From assembly GCA_010909165.1 (NCBI GenBank), contig VJWM01000108.1, positions 124,001 to 188,000 on the forward strand: a stretch of 64,000 nt of DNA, written 5' to 3'. Shown piece after piece: positions 24,530-36,400 of this stretch; within the stretch, counting starts at the first letter, position 1, and each line of letters begins with the position of its first letter. Both the position numbers and the translations under genes were made by a program. The DNA comes from Anthoceros angustus. Taxonomy: Eukaryota; Plantae; Anthocerotophyta. The notes below the pieces were generated by a model. It was not told the DNA's origin. It did not search any database and worked only from the letters and a program-made list of their open reading frames with translations.

Positions 24530-27500
24530 TCAAAATTCCACCAGAAAAGTATGCACCATTCCGTCCATGTCTGTCCACCAGCTGTGGCCTGGCTGCTTCC
24601 ATGCTTTGATTCCTATTCGCCTCGCCTGCATCTCCTGTGCCTTCTCCCACATGTGTGCTTCGGTGTATATGTTCGACATCAACACATATGCGGCTGCATC
24701 CTGCTTGTCCAGCTTCACTGCTTCATGGAAGGCATGGTGTGCCACCTCCACGTTGTTCCACTTTCGACAAGCGCCCAATAGAGTGTGCCAAACTGCAGCA
24801 GTAGGTGGTACAGGTATGTTACCTACCAGAGCTAGTGACTCGTCCAGCCGGCCTGCACGACCCAGGAGATCCACCATGCATGTGTAGTGCTCCACGGTGG
24901 GAGTGATGCTATAGTGGTTGCTCATGGCCTCAAAGTACTGTCTCCCCTGGTCCACTAGACCCGCGTGACTGCACACTGTTAGTACATGAAGGAATGTAAT
25001 CCCGTCGGCCCGTATGCCGTCTTCTTTCATTCTCCGGACCAAGTCGAAGACCACGGCACTGTCTCCTTGTCGGGTGTATCCTGCAATCAGTGCATTCCAA
25101 GTGACACGGTCTCTTTCCGGCAATGCCTCGAACACTTGCTGTGCATCAATCATGCTCCCAGACTTCCCGTACATGTTTATCAAACTGTTGGCTACAAGTA
25201 CATCAGCTTGAAGCCGTTGTTCTTGAATCTGTGCATGCAGCTGCCTTCCCAAATGCAAAGCTGCCACATCTGCGCACGCCTGAAGGAGGCACACAAATGT
25301 CACAGCATCAGGTGCCACCGTGCCAGCTTCTTGCATCGCACTGTAGAGACGAAGAGCTTCCTGGACTGTGCCTTGCTGAGAATACCCTGCTATCATGCTA
25401 TTCCATGCCACCACATCCTTCCTACCAAGTTTGTCAAACACTCTGTGGGCGGTTTCCAAGCTGCCACACTTTGCATACATAGTTACCAAACTGCTGGCTA
25501 CAACTACATCGCCTTGAAGCCCTTGTTCCCTGATTCGTGCATGAAGTTCCTTCCCTTGCTGCAAAGCTGGAGTGCCCACACTCGCACATGCCTGCAGGAG
25601 GCACAAAAATGTCACAGAATCGGGTGCAGCCATGCCCTCTTCTTGCATATTGCTGTAAAGACAAAGGGCTTCTTGGCCCATGCCCTGCTGGGAATACCCT
25701 GCTATCATGGCATTCCACGTCACTACATTTTTGTGACCAAGTCCATCAAACACTCTGCGGGCATCTTCCAAGCTGCCACACTTTGCATACATGGCTATCA
25801 GACTGCTGGCCACAAACTCATCGCCTAAATGCCCTTGTTCTCTAATTTGTGCATGAAGCTGCTTCCCCTTCTCCAAAGACGAGTTACCCGAACTTGAACA
25901 TGCCTGGAGGAGGTACACGAACGTCTTTGGATCTGGTGTAGCCATGCCTTCTTCTTGCATAGTGCTGTAAAGAAAAAGTGCTTCCTGTCCCAAGCCCTGA
26001 TGGGAATAGCCTGCTATCATGGCATTCCAAGTCACCACATCTTTCTGCCTGATTTTGTCAAACACTCTTCTAGCGTCTTCTAAGCTGCCACACTTTGCAT
26101 ACATGTTTACCAAGTTTTTGCCTACAAATACATCAGTCTCATGTCCTCGGTCTGTAATTTGTGCATGAACTTGTGCCCCCTTCTCCAGTGCTGAAGTGCC
26201 CAAACTTCCACATGCCTGCAGGAGGCACACAAAAGTCAAGGAATTGGGAGCAACCGTGCCGTCGTCTTGCATAGAGCTGTAAAGACGAAGGGCTTTCTGG
26301 CCCATGCCCTGCTGGCAATACCCTGCAATAATGGCATTCCATGTCACCACATCTTTTCGAGCAAGTCTGTCGAACACTCTTTGGGCATCTTCCAAGCTGC
26401 CACACTTGGCATACATGTCTACCAAACTGCTGCATACAATCATGTTGCCCTCATGTCCTTCTTCTCTTATGTGTGCATGAAGCTGCCTCCCTTTCTCCAG
26501 GGCTGTGGTGCCCACACTGGCACATGCCTGCAGGAGACACACAAATGTCACGTAATCAGGTGCCGCCATGCCTTCTTCTTGCATTCTGCTGTAAAGAGTA
26601 ATGGCTTCCCTGCCCATGCCCTCCCGACAATATCCTGTGATCATAGCATTCCAGGTCACCACGTTTTTTTGGCCAAGTCCCTCAAATACTGCTCGAGCGT
26701 CTACCAAGCTGCCACACTTTGCATACATGTTCACCAGACTGTTGCCTATAAATACATCAGCTTCATGCTCTTGTCCTCTTATTTCTGCATGAAGCTCCTT
26801 TCCTTGCTCCAAAGCCGGGGTGCCCACAGTTGCACATGCAAGTAGGAGGCACACGAAGGTCACAGCATCGGGTGCAACCATGCCTCCCTCTTGCATAGCA
26901 CTGTAGAGACAAAGGGCTTCCCGGCCCATTCCCTGCTGGGAATACCCTGCTATCATGGCATTCCACGTGACTACATTCTTTTCACGAAGTCCTTCAAACA
27001 CTGTTCGAGCATCTTCCAAGCTGCCACACTTCGCATACATGTCCACCAAGGAACTAGAGACAAAGTAGCCAGGCTCAACGCCACTGGCCAACACATCAGC
27101 ATGCACCTGCTGTCCACTTTGTAAGTCTCCTCCCTTTGCACAAGCTTGAAGTGCTGCCACAAATACATGGCCATCTGGATTGGCACTAGACCTGCGCATC
27201 TGATGATACAGTTGTATGGCCTGCGTGTCTTGCCCGTGTCTACTATGTGCAGAGATTATGGAAGACCACATGAAGGCATCTGGTTTGCCAACGGCGGTGA
27301 ACACATCCATCGCTTCTTGTAACCTGCCATGAGAAGTGTACATTCGCAAGATGTGGTTGCACAAGAACGTATCAGATTGATACCCGTTTCTCACCGTGAA
27401 AGCATGCACACGGCGACTCAGAGCAAGATCTTTCTTGACTGAACATTTTTTGAGGACAGTCTGCAAGAGAGATATGGGAACACAACATTCTGTCTCCACC

Positions 27501-27547
27501 AGAACTCCTAACGCCTCCACAGACTGAGTGACATGCCCTGATGACAT
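24530..27547 (-). CDS. PLS-class PPR protein with E1/E2 domains, ending just after a PGxSWW box (organellar RNA-editing-type factor; no DYW deaminase domain)
   Basis: Intronless 1005-aa ORF; ~104-aa P-L-S triplets (LVDMYAKCGSLEDA, VVTWNAMIAGY, PD.VTFVCLLQAC); HYTCMVDLLGRAG; AAAYVLMSNIY; KQPGHSWWTD...VHTFLVEF*. Confidence 0.95.
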   Translation of the reverse strand: MSSGHVTQSVEALGVLVETECCVPISLLQTVLKKCSVKKDLALSRRVHAFTVRNGYQSDTFLCNHILRMYTSHGRLQEAMDVFTAVGKPDAFMWSSIISAHSRHGQDTQAIQLYHQMRRSSANPDGHVFVAALQACAKGGDLQSGQQVHADVLASGVEPGYFVSSSLVDMYAKCGSLEDARTVFEGLREKNVVTWNAMIAGYSQQGMGREALCLYSAMQEGGMVAPDAVTFVCLLLACATVGTPALEQGKELHAEIRGQEHEADVFIGNSLVNMYAKCGSLVDARAVFEGLGQKNVVTWNAMITGYCREGMGREAITLYSRMQEEGMAAPDYVTFVCLLQACASVGTTALEKGRQLHAHIREEGHEGNMIVCSSLVDMYAKCGSLEDAQRVFDRLARKDVVTWNAIIAGYCQQGMGQKALRLYSSMQDDGTVAPNSLTFVCLLQACGSLGTSALEKGAQVHAQITDRGHETDVFVGKNLVNMYAKCGSLEDARRVFDKIRQKDVVTWNAMIAGYSHQGLGQEALFLYSTMQEEGMATPDPKTFVYLLQACSSSGNSSLEKGKQLHAQIREQGHLGDEFVASSLIAMYAKCGSLEDARRVFDGLGHKNVVTWNAMIAGYSQQGMGQEALCLYSNMQEEGMAAPDSVTFLCLLQACASVGTPALQQGKELHARIREQGLQGDVVVASSLVTMYAKCGSLETAHRVFDKLGRKDVVAWNSMIAGYSQQGTVQEALRLYSAMQEAGTVAPDAVTFVCLLQACADVAALHLGRQLHAQIQEQRLQADVLVANSLINMYGKSGSMIDAQQVFEALPERDRVTWNALIAGYTRQGDSAVVFDLVRRMKEDGIRADGITFLHVLTVCSHAGLVDQGRQYFEAMSNHYSITPTVEHYTCMVDLLGRAGRLDESLALVGNIPVPPTAAVWHTLLGACRKWNNVEVAHHAFHEAVKLDKQDAAAYVLMSNIYTEAHMWEKAQEMQARRIGIKAWKQPGHSWWTDMDGMVHTFLVEF

Positions 27548-28990
27548 AGCTTGCTCACACTTTCAGCCGTTACGACCCTTTCGGACCCTGCAGGCCTGCC
27601 ACCATGACCGGGCAGGGATGATCGTGACTCTCTCTGGCAGGTCTTGACGAGCTGGGGTCTTTGAAAATTTGCTACTCCTCGCACCTTCATTGCTCAGCAA
27701 CTTCCACAATGACCTTCGTTTCCCAAGTGAGCTGAGCGGGAGCTCTTCCAAGACCAACCGTCAACCTCCACACAGCCATGGCTTGCGGTGGCGCAAGCAC
27801 ATTACGGGCAACAAGTTACCAGCAACATATGCCCTCCCATGGCCATACTGATGCGATGCTGTAGTGGCTGGAGCACTCATGGTGTGCCTACAGGGGGGAA
27901 GCAATCGTTGCTGCAGGACAGCTGAAATCGTGACCACACCATGTGAGCAGAAGAAGGTCGATGGTTCCATGAAGGATCTGGTTCTGGGCCGTCACAGCCA
28001 TGCTCTCATCATCACAAGAAGGTGTGGGTTATGCCACGTTGTGCATGCAAGGCGTGCTTCCTCAACAGGATGTGGTGACATAGATGGCTCTGATAGCAGA
28101 ATACTTCCAGCAGGACCATGGATCAGGGATCCCTTCATCTTCACAGTGCTGTGCAGCAAGAAGGCATCGCTGCCCCTCACTCTGTAACATTTGTGGAATG
28201 CGAAATGCAATGATAGCAGGAAATCTCCAGCAGAGAATATTGGGCCACGAAACCCTTCGTCAAAAGGAAGGGAATGTCCGCGAAACCTCCCCAGGGTTGG
28301 CCCCCGGTGTGCGCTCATGACTGGGAAGAGTCCAAAGACTCCGTGTCAACCGAAGCGACACTAAACCCCCCCGGCCTCCCCGGCCTGGTTGCCAATATCA
28401 GACCACGGCGCAACAAGCCCTGAAATTGCTCACATACAGTTAGGGACCCATCCGTGGCACCTTTGAAGAGCGGGGCACACAAGCTAGCGACCTCCCAAGA
28501 GATCGAGTCGGGCAGGAGGAGATTGTGAATGGTAGCCAGATTTGATGTCAGCAGCCCACAGCATTCACCAACCTGTTCACATACAGGCTTTGCTCATTGA
28601 GCTAGTCAGCTGAGAGAGTAGTGAAAGGGCCAGCACGAAACCGTGCAATTTCAGGATCCAGGGCCCCCTTCAGCTCCATGCACAGCATTTTGATGTCCAG
28701 ACACAGGCTACTCGCCCACCAACAAGCCTCTTCCTTTGAGTGCCGAGGAGAACGGGATGAAAGACCTCGTGTCTGCCAAGAAGCCTCCAGCAATTTGGAA
28801 ACTCATACAGATGCAGCTCAGATGGTAGAGCCTTGCTCAGACGGTAAGAGTTCCAGGGATCGATGCCCTACAATTCGACTTTTGGCACAGTTGCGTGAAG
28901 ATTTATTTTTAAAAATAATTTGGCGATGCAGTTGAAAATACGACAAAATAGCGGAAATAACCGACTACGGGACCCTGACTACGAAAGCCC

Positions 28991-29190
28991 AACCCTCACA
29001 TTTATAAGAACGTAGTGATTAAGCATCCTGAGCTTAGATCGGTACTTAGATGGGGTGCCTAAAGGGAGTGGATGCCCTTGGTGCAAGTAGCTTAGGCACA
29101 CCATGGTACAAGTTGTTAAGTACCAGATCCCATGACGGAAATCCGTCCTTCGTGGACTTAAATAAAATTCTTCTTCTTCTTCTTCCTCTC
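28991..29190 (+). mobile_element. 5S rRNA-derived SINE-like element, copy 2 (5'-truncated), with a 13-bp TSD
   Basis: ACTACGAAAGCCC at 28978-28990 and 29191-29203; AATAAAATT(CTT)n tail; 5S-like internal promoter motifs. Confidence 0.8.
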
Positions 29191-29239
29191 ACTACGAAAG
29201 CCCGACAAGGGTCCTACGAGATACTAAAGATGAGTGAGT

Positions 29240-29600
29240 ACAGATCATATACGTATGAGACCTGATCATATACGTATGAGACCTGCGAGACGATAACGAT
29301 CATATACCTGCGAGACGATAAACATCATATACCTGCGAGAGACGACAAACATCATATACCTGCGAGAGACGATAAACATCATATACCTGCGAGAGACGAT
29401 AAACATCATATTCCTGCGAGATATGATAGATCATATACCTCTGAGACATGATAGATCATATACTTGCGAGGCAATAAATATACCGGCGAGATAGTAAAGA
29501 TCATATACTTGTGAGGCAGTAAAGATCATGTACATGCGAGACAATGAGAAACATTTACCTATAAGACAAGATAGATCATATATCTACGAGGCAATAAAGA
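29240..29600. repeat. Degenerate ~21-26-bp tandem repeat array
   Basis: Units of (G)ATCATATACCTGCGAGA(GA)CGATAAA. Confidence 0.85.
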
Positions 29601-30029
29601 TCATTTGGGATGGGTGGCACCTCATCCTAGTAAAGATTCGATCTCCCCGAACGAGTTCCAATGAACTCATGACTATTGTGGAGTTAAAAATGATTTTAAA
29701 ACCAAAGATAAAGAGAGGAGATATTTGAGAACTGAAAAGGAGAAAAATGATGATTTAAAGATGATGGGAAAAAAACACCAATATAGTAGAACTTTGGAAA
29801 AGGTATTTTTAATGATTGAATGATGAAAAGAAGAAAACAGCGGAGCGGGGAGATTCATTTCTCACTAACATCATATCTTCAATAAATAAGAAAAGAACCA
29901 TGGAGATTCATTTTAAATACTAAAAGAAGATGTTGCAAATAACGATCTACTGCAAGGGAAATCGGCGCACCCATCAGCGAGAACTAAGTTTTGCAATTTT
30001 TTGTCGCTAGTTTTAATGACTCTGCCAAG

Positions 30030-30390
30030 ACCTTGTAGCTTTTCTTGTCATTAGAAGAGTTAGTGGAAAAGGAAAAGGGAGATTAGAAGAAAAGGAGCTA
30101 GGGAATTATTCTCCTTGTCCTTCTTCAATGACTTTGTAGCCTCTTCAATGACCTCGCAGCTTCTTCAATGACCTCATAGCTTTTCTTATATTAGAAGAGT
30201 TAGTGGAAAAGGAAAAGGGAGACTAGAAGAAAAGGAGCTAGGGAATTATTCTCCTTGTCCTTCTTCATTGACTTTGTAGCTTCTTCAATGACCTCGTAGC
30301 TTTTCTTATATTAGAAGAGTTAGTGGAAAGGGAAGAGGGAGACTAAAAGAAAAGGAGCTAGGGAATTATTCTCCATGTCCTTCTTCTTGC
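30030..30390. repeat. ~120-140-bp tandem repeat x3
   Basis: TTAGAAGAGTTAGTGGAAAAGG...GGAATTATTCTCC.TGTCCTTCTTC occurs three times. Confidence 0.9.
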
Positions 30391-32265
30391 TTTTGCTTCC
30401 TTTTGGCTAAAGATGAAATTGCAAATGTATTTGAACTTTGAAGGAAAATTACAAGGGGTTTTTCTTTCGCATGTTGTAGCTAGTTCATATAGGGTTAGTC
30501 TCTGCATTGGATAAGAGCACACTGATCTTTCTTGAGCGAGGCCTTGAAGAGAAAATCTTTTTTCAGCATTTAGTATTCAGAATACTGAAAGAGCAAAAAC
30601 TAGACGTTGAATATACAGGAAAAAGAGAAAAAGATTTTGGATTCGTAAATCGCACTTGTCCAAACCGCCTAGAAGCTTTTGGAGATTTAGAAGTAAGGTT
30701 CAACTTGCGACTCGAGGCCTTTTGATTTTGCATGAACAATGAGTTTTAATGATCTCCTCCAATGATGGTTGCATTACTATTCCATGTTGTTTGTGTGCTT
30801 GCCTTGGTGTAGCCTGATTTACCTGATTCTGTTGAGTTGTATACTCTGTTGAGTTGCATACGCATTATTGTTTTTCAGAATTATTGTGAAATGAAGGAAG
30901 AAGTGACAGGCGAATCCAAAAAATCGAAGCTTTAATCAAAAGCTTTAATCAAAGCACATGAAGTAAGAAGTGACAGCTATATCATCAACTTGGAGCTTTA
31001 TTCCAAAAAGTGAAGTGTGTTGTGTGCTAGTTGTGTGAAAATGATTGTTTCACTATCATGTGAAAGAATCATCTGCCATAAAATATTTTAAAGCATGAAT
31101 TTCTTGTAAGCAGGAAGCTCTTTATACCTAAGATATCATATTAGGTGAAAATAACTTAATTTGGTACACAAATTCATTTCACTTCACTTTAGTTTTATAT
31201 GCTTCAATAGTTCACTCTAGAAACTTGACATGCCGGAGACGATGGGAGTCCAACCCAATCCGACAGGGACCATAGATTAATCATCTGTTAAAAGTTTTTT
31301 TATAAATTTATTATTTCAAGATAGAAATAATTAAAGCTTGGTATACCAAAAATATTATAATCATTGTTATCGATTTTGTGAGATCATCCATTACAAATAT
31401 GACATCACAAATTTCATGACATACTTGGAACTCTGTGGTACACTTTGAAAGAGAGTTGGCGGGACAAGGTGCAAAGATCTACCTGTTAGAGTTCTCAGAA
31501 TATGGATATCACCTATGTATACTCATTTCAAGGGTAGGCTACGCCGGACAACGTGACGTACGCCGAGCGCAGGGCCAGAATCTGCATGATTTCCTGGCAG
31601 AGAAATTCGTAGTGATTCCCGCACGATGATATGTGCACAAAACCATGTGCTACAAGAACGTCGTGCCATTAGCGTGGAACAACTCGGAACTCGGCGGTGA
31701 ATCCTCCACGATGCTCGGCTAAGACAACGTCGACGACTTGAAGGCAACACTCTAAACTGGCCGTAGAGGATCCACACCATGGATTTCATATCTGCTACAC
31801 CGCACCTGCTGAGGTACGTTGAAAGGCATGGTCACTACCCGGGTATCCTCTGGGATACTGGTGGACAAGAGCTCCAACCCTACGAACCAAACGGCCAGGC
31901 CAATTCACAAGTGTTAAACAGGTGGGAGGGAGGAAAAACCGATCAGATCCAGTTCCGTGTCTTATACGATAACCCCAAAGATGAGAATGAGGGGGACAAG
32001 GTTCGTTGTTCACGCGTTGACTCAGAACTGAGACTATGTATACGAGCATACACATGGGTGAAGAATCCGCTGTACAAATCCAAGTTTGAAGTCACACATA
32101 GCCTGCCTTCCAGTCCTACCAGACTCCGACGAGATTACGTTGCAGCCCCAAAATGGTACAACACGGAAACCGCTTTGGTCAGGATGCCAACAGCTCAGCT
32201 CGACCAATTAATCCTACCTAGTTAGCTACAGGTAGGAGGATTCCAGTCCAGCACAGAAGTTGGAA

Positions 32266-33045
<780 letters not shown>

Positions 33046-33443
33046 TTTCTCCTTCCGCGAGCGTGTGCAGCGCAGCGAGACTGCGGTGTCTTGGGAGAGC
33101 ACTGCAGCTGGGAGGAGGCGGCGGCAGTGGGCGACCGCAGTGCCATTTGTGGCCAGCGCCCGGTCGTCACAAGCCTGCCAACCCTAAACCGCGTAACATC
33201 CTCGGCAATCCGCGTAGTACGGCTGGCCGGGTCGGGCCCAAGGAGACAGAGCCCTAACCCGGTGCCCGGTCCACGACCCGTGCTCTCCAGAGTCCTGTCA
33301 CGGGCCACCCGCGCTCGGTCGTTGGGAGCTCCGTTCTGGATGGTCGATATGTCGGACCAGTTGAAAGTTGTTTCGCTCTGTTTTCGTGCAGGTGACGCAA
33401 CAAGCAGAGAGATAATGAGGGAATTTATTTCATAAAATTTTCT

Positions 33444-36400
33444 CTACAGCACTTTTTGCACAGTTAAGAAGCCGGGATCTTCCTCGTTGGCATGTTTTAA
33501 ATCCTCAGCTGATCCCACCGCAACGACCAACCCGTTGTCTCGCACTGCTTCCAAGGCATCTGCAAAGTCCTTGAAATCCTTCACACTGCAAGTTACAGAG
33601 ACCAGAATCAGAGATACTAAAATAAATAGTCCAGGCTGGAGATATCTCAGTTCAACTGCATCTGCAGCTCACCTAGTGGACAGCACCTCCTCCCGTCGTT
33701 GCCGTCTTTCCTCCTCTGTGATACCTAATAAGTAGCGTCTCATGCTGCAAAAGCATAGCACAAGATGGTTAGCATTTGGAAGATGAATGTGTGTAGAGGT
33801 GTGGTAAGTTTCGGGCAGTGACAAACCTCACGCGTCCCTTGGCATCTGGTAATCTATAGGGCTCGATATCCCCAATTGCGCCAATGATGGCTTTAGTAAG
33901 GGCATCTTCACCCAGGTCCAATTCTCGAAGGAAGTCGACGGTCCCATCATAAACTTCGATAGTCTCCATAAGATTTGGGTCTCGGTATGATATGAATGAG
34001 TATACACCTATACAGACGAAAGAGGAGGGAACAAAAGGTTAGTTGTAAGCTGCTACAAAGTCTGCAGGATGGTTTTATGTTGTCCGACTATTTGTCACCT
34101 GAGTGTACGTTGAAGTCAGAGAACCCTCCATAGGCACCACCGCTGACACGGACACGATCCCAGAGCCATGTAGTCCCAATATATTTAGTGATCACATGGG
34201 CACTGCCATGGAGTTTATAGCCTGCCTGATATATGTTTGCAGCTTTCGCTACGTAATTAACCTGAAGAAACGACAGTACAGAACATTAGTCCGAAAATAC
34301 AATTTACCCAAAGAAAGATGTCATTGTGTCGAATGTCCTCCAGCTTTTGCATGTCATGGATGGTACCTTCGTAGGAATTGCAAAACCTTCATTCTTTAGA
34401 GGTAGTCTGGAGTTCCATCCCCGAATCTCTGAATTGTTTTCTGGCAAGGAGTCCAGGAACATAGACACGTGTGGATCTGCAAGGGCAAGTGTCTTCTCAT
34501 CCGCTGTCAGATTTACAATTGCACTCTTTGAGAGCAGGGAGGACCGGATCCTCTCCAATGAGGCTGAGACAGTGGGCCAATCTTCATCTACTTGTTTTAC
34601 AAGTTTCTGCAGATACTGAAGGTAGCTGTCATAAAATCACAGAAACGTGCGTCACAGGCGTTTCCAAGATGAAACACAACTGCTCTACTGAATGAAGTCA
34701 CAGAATCCCACTGTGGAATCCAACTCACCTCAGACCTCCCTGTTGCTCAAGCACCCAGCCGGCAACATTAAACATCGCCTCCAACCTTGTTGTGGCAATG
34801 CCATGGCCAGAACCAGTGAACGCACTCTGAGAAACCAGATGCAACCTGGCTTAGTAGAGGACAACGAACCCAACAACAACTGACTCCCTACTGCTGCACA
34901 CTGCATCTTCTCCTCCTACCTCCATCCTGGACCTGCTTGATAGAACGAACTGCTTAAATCTCTTTTGATCAGTAAGCTGCACATCTTGTAACACAATCCG
35001 CATCTGCAAAAAACAGACGATTGATCACAAATAAATGAACACAAAAAGATGTCATTGACCACATGAGAGCGTACCACAAAAGTTTTCAGGCGAGTCATAC
35101 CAGCTCAAACAAATCGGACACTCGTGGTGCTGTGGCTTTGCCTGAATGAACAGATGACTAGATATATCCGATTTCCCACGAATGGAAGATGTAGTTGGTC
35201 CAACAGACAACCCGCCTGTTTTGATTTGATCAGCTGTTCCAGTTGCACAAAGTCCATGTCCTTGGTCCCCATCTCAAGCAAAGCTTGACTGTCATGACAG
35301 AGTCATCATTAACTCTATGCAGCATCAGGTTAGCTTAGATAACTAAGTAAGAAATGCTGACATACCAGAACAGGGCACCAGCGGAAGAAGCTCAGGGTCT
35401 ACAGTACGCATATCAAATCCGATGTCTGCGTACAGCACATCATTTGTAGATATATCATGTCGTAGGATGGTTGCTCCTTTCCGATGGTACCTTCGTAGGA
35501 ATTGCAAAACCTTCATTCTTTAGAGGTAGTCTGGAGTTCCATCCCGAATCTCTGAATTGTTTTCTGGCAAGGAGTCCAGGAACATAGACACGTGTGGATC
35601 TGCAAGGGCAAGTGTCTTCTCATCCGCTGTCAGATTTACAATTGCACTCTTTTGAGAGCAGGGAGGACCGGATCCTCTCAATGAGGCTGAGACAGTGGGC
35701 CAATCTTCATCTACTTGTTTTACAAGTTTCTGCAGATACTGAAGGTAGCTGTCATAAAATCACAGAAACGTGCGTCACAGGCGTTTCCAAGATGAAACAC
35801 AACTGCTCTACTGAATGAAGTCACAGAATCCCACTGTGGAATCCAACTCACCTCAGACCTCCCTGTTGCTCAAGCACCCAGCCGGCAACATTAAACATCG
35901 CCCAACCTTGTTGTGCTGTGGCAATGCCATGGCCAGAACCAGTGAACGCACTCTGAGAAACCAGATGCAACCTGGCTTAGTAGAGGACAACGAACCCAAC
36001 AACAACTGACTCCCTACTGCTGCACACTGCATCTTCTCCTCCTACCTCCATCCTGGACCTGCTTGATAGAACGAACTGCTTAAATCTCTTTTGATCAGTA
36101 AGCTGCACATCTTGTAACACAATCCGCATCTGCAAAAAACAGACGATTGATCACAAATAAATGAACACAAAAAGATGTCATTGACCACATGAGAGCGTAC
36201 CACAAAAAGTTTTCAGGCGAGTCATACCAGCTCAAACAAATCGGACACTCGTGGTGCTGTGGCTTTGCCTGAAATGAACAGATGACTAGATATATCCGAT
36301 TTCCCACGAATGGAAGATGTAGTTGGTCCAACAGACAACCCGCCTGTTTTTGATTTGATCAGCTGTTCCAGTTGCACAAAGTCCATGTCCTTGGTCCCCA

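Noticed and set aside
24986-27124. Plus-strand repetitive ORFs
   Set aside because: They are antisense shadows of the PPR repeats.
29204-31275. hAT-like DNA transposon with subterminal repeats
   Set aside because: Only weak terminal similarity, with no clear TIR/TSD or convincing transposase motif.
31779-32225. 148-aa plus-strand ORF
   Set aside because: It lies antisense to the likely calmodulin 3' UTR and has no recognisable motif.
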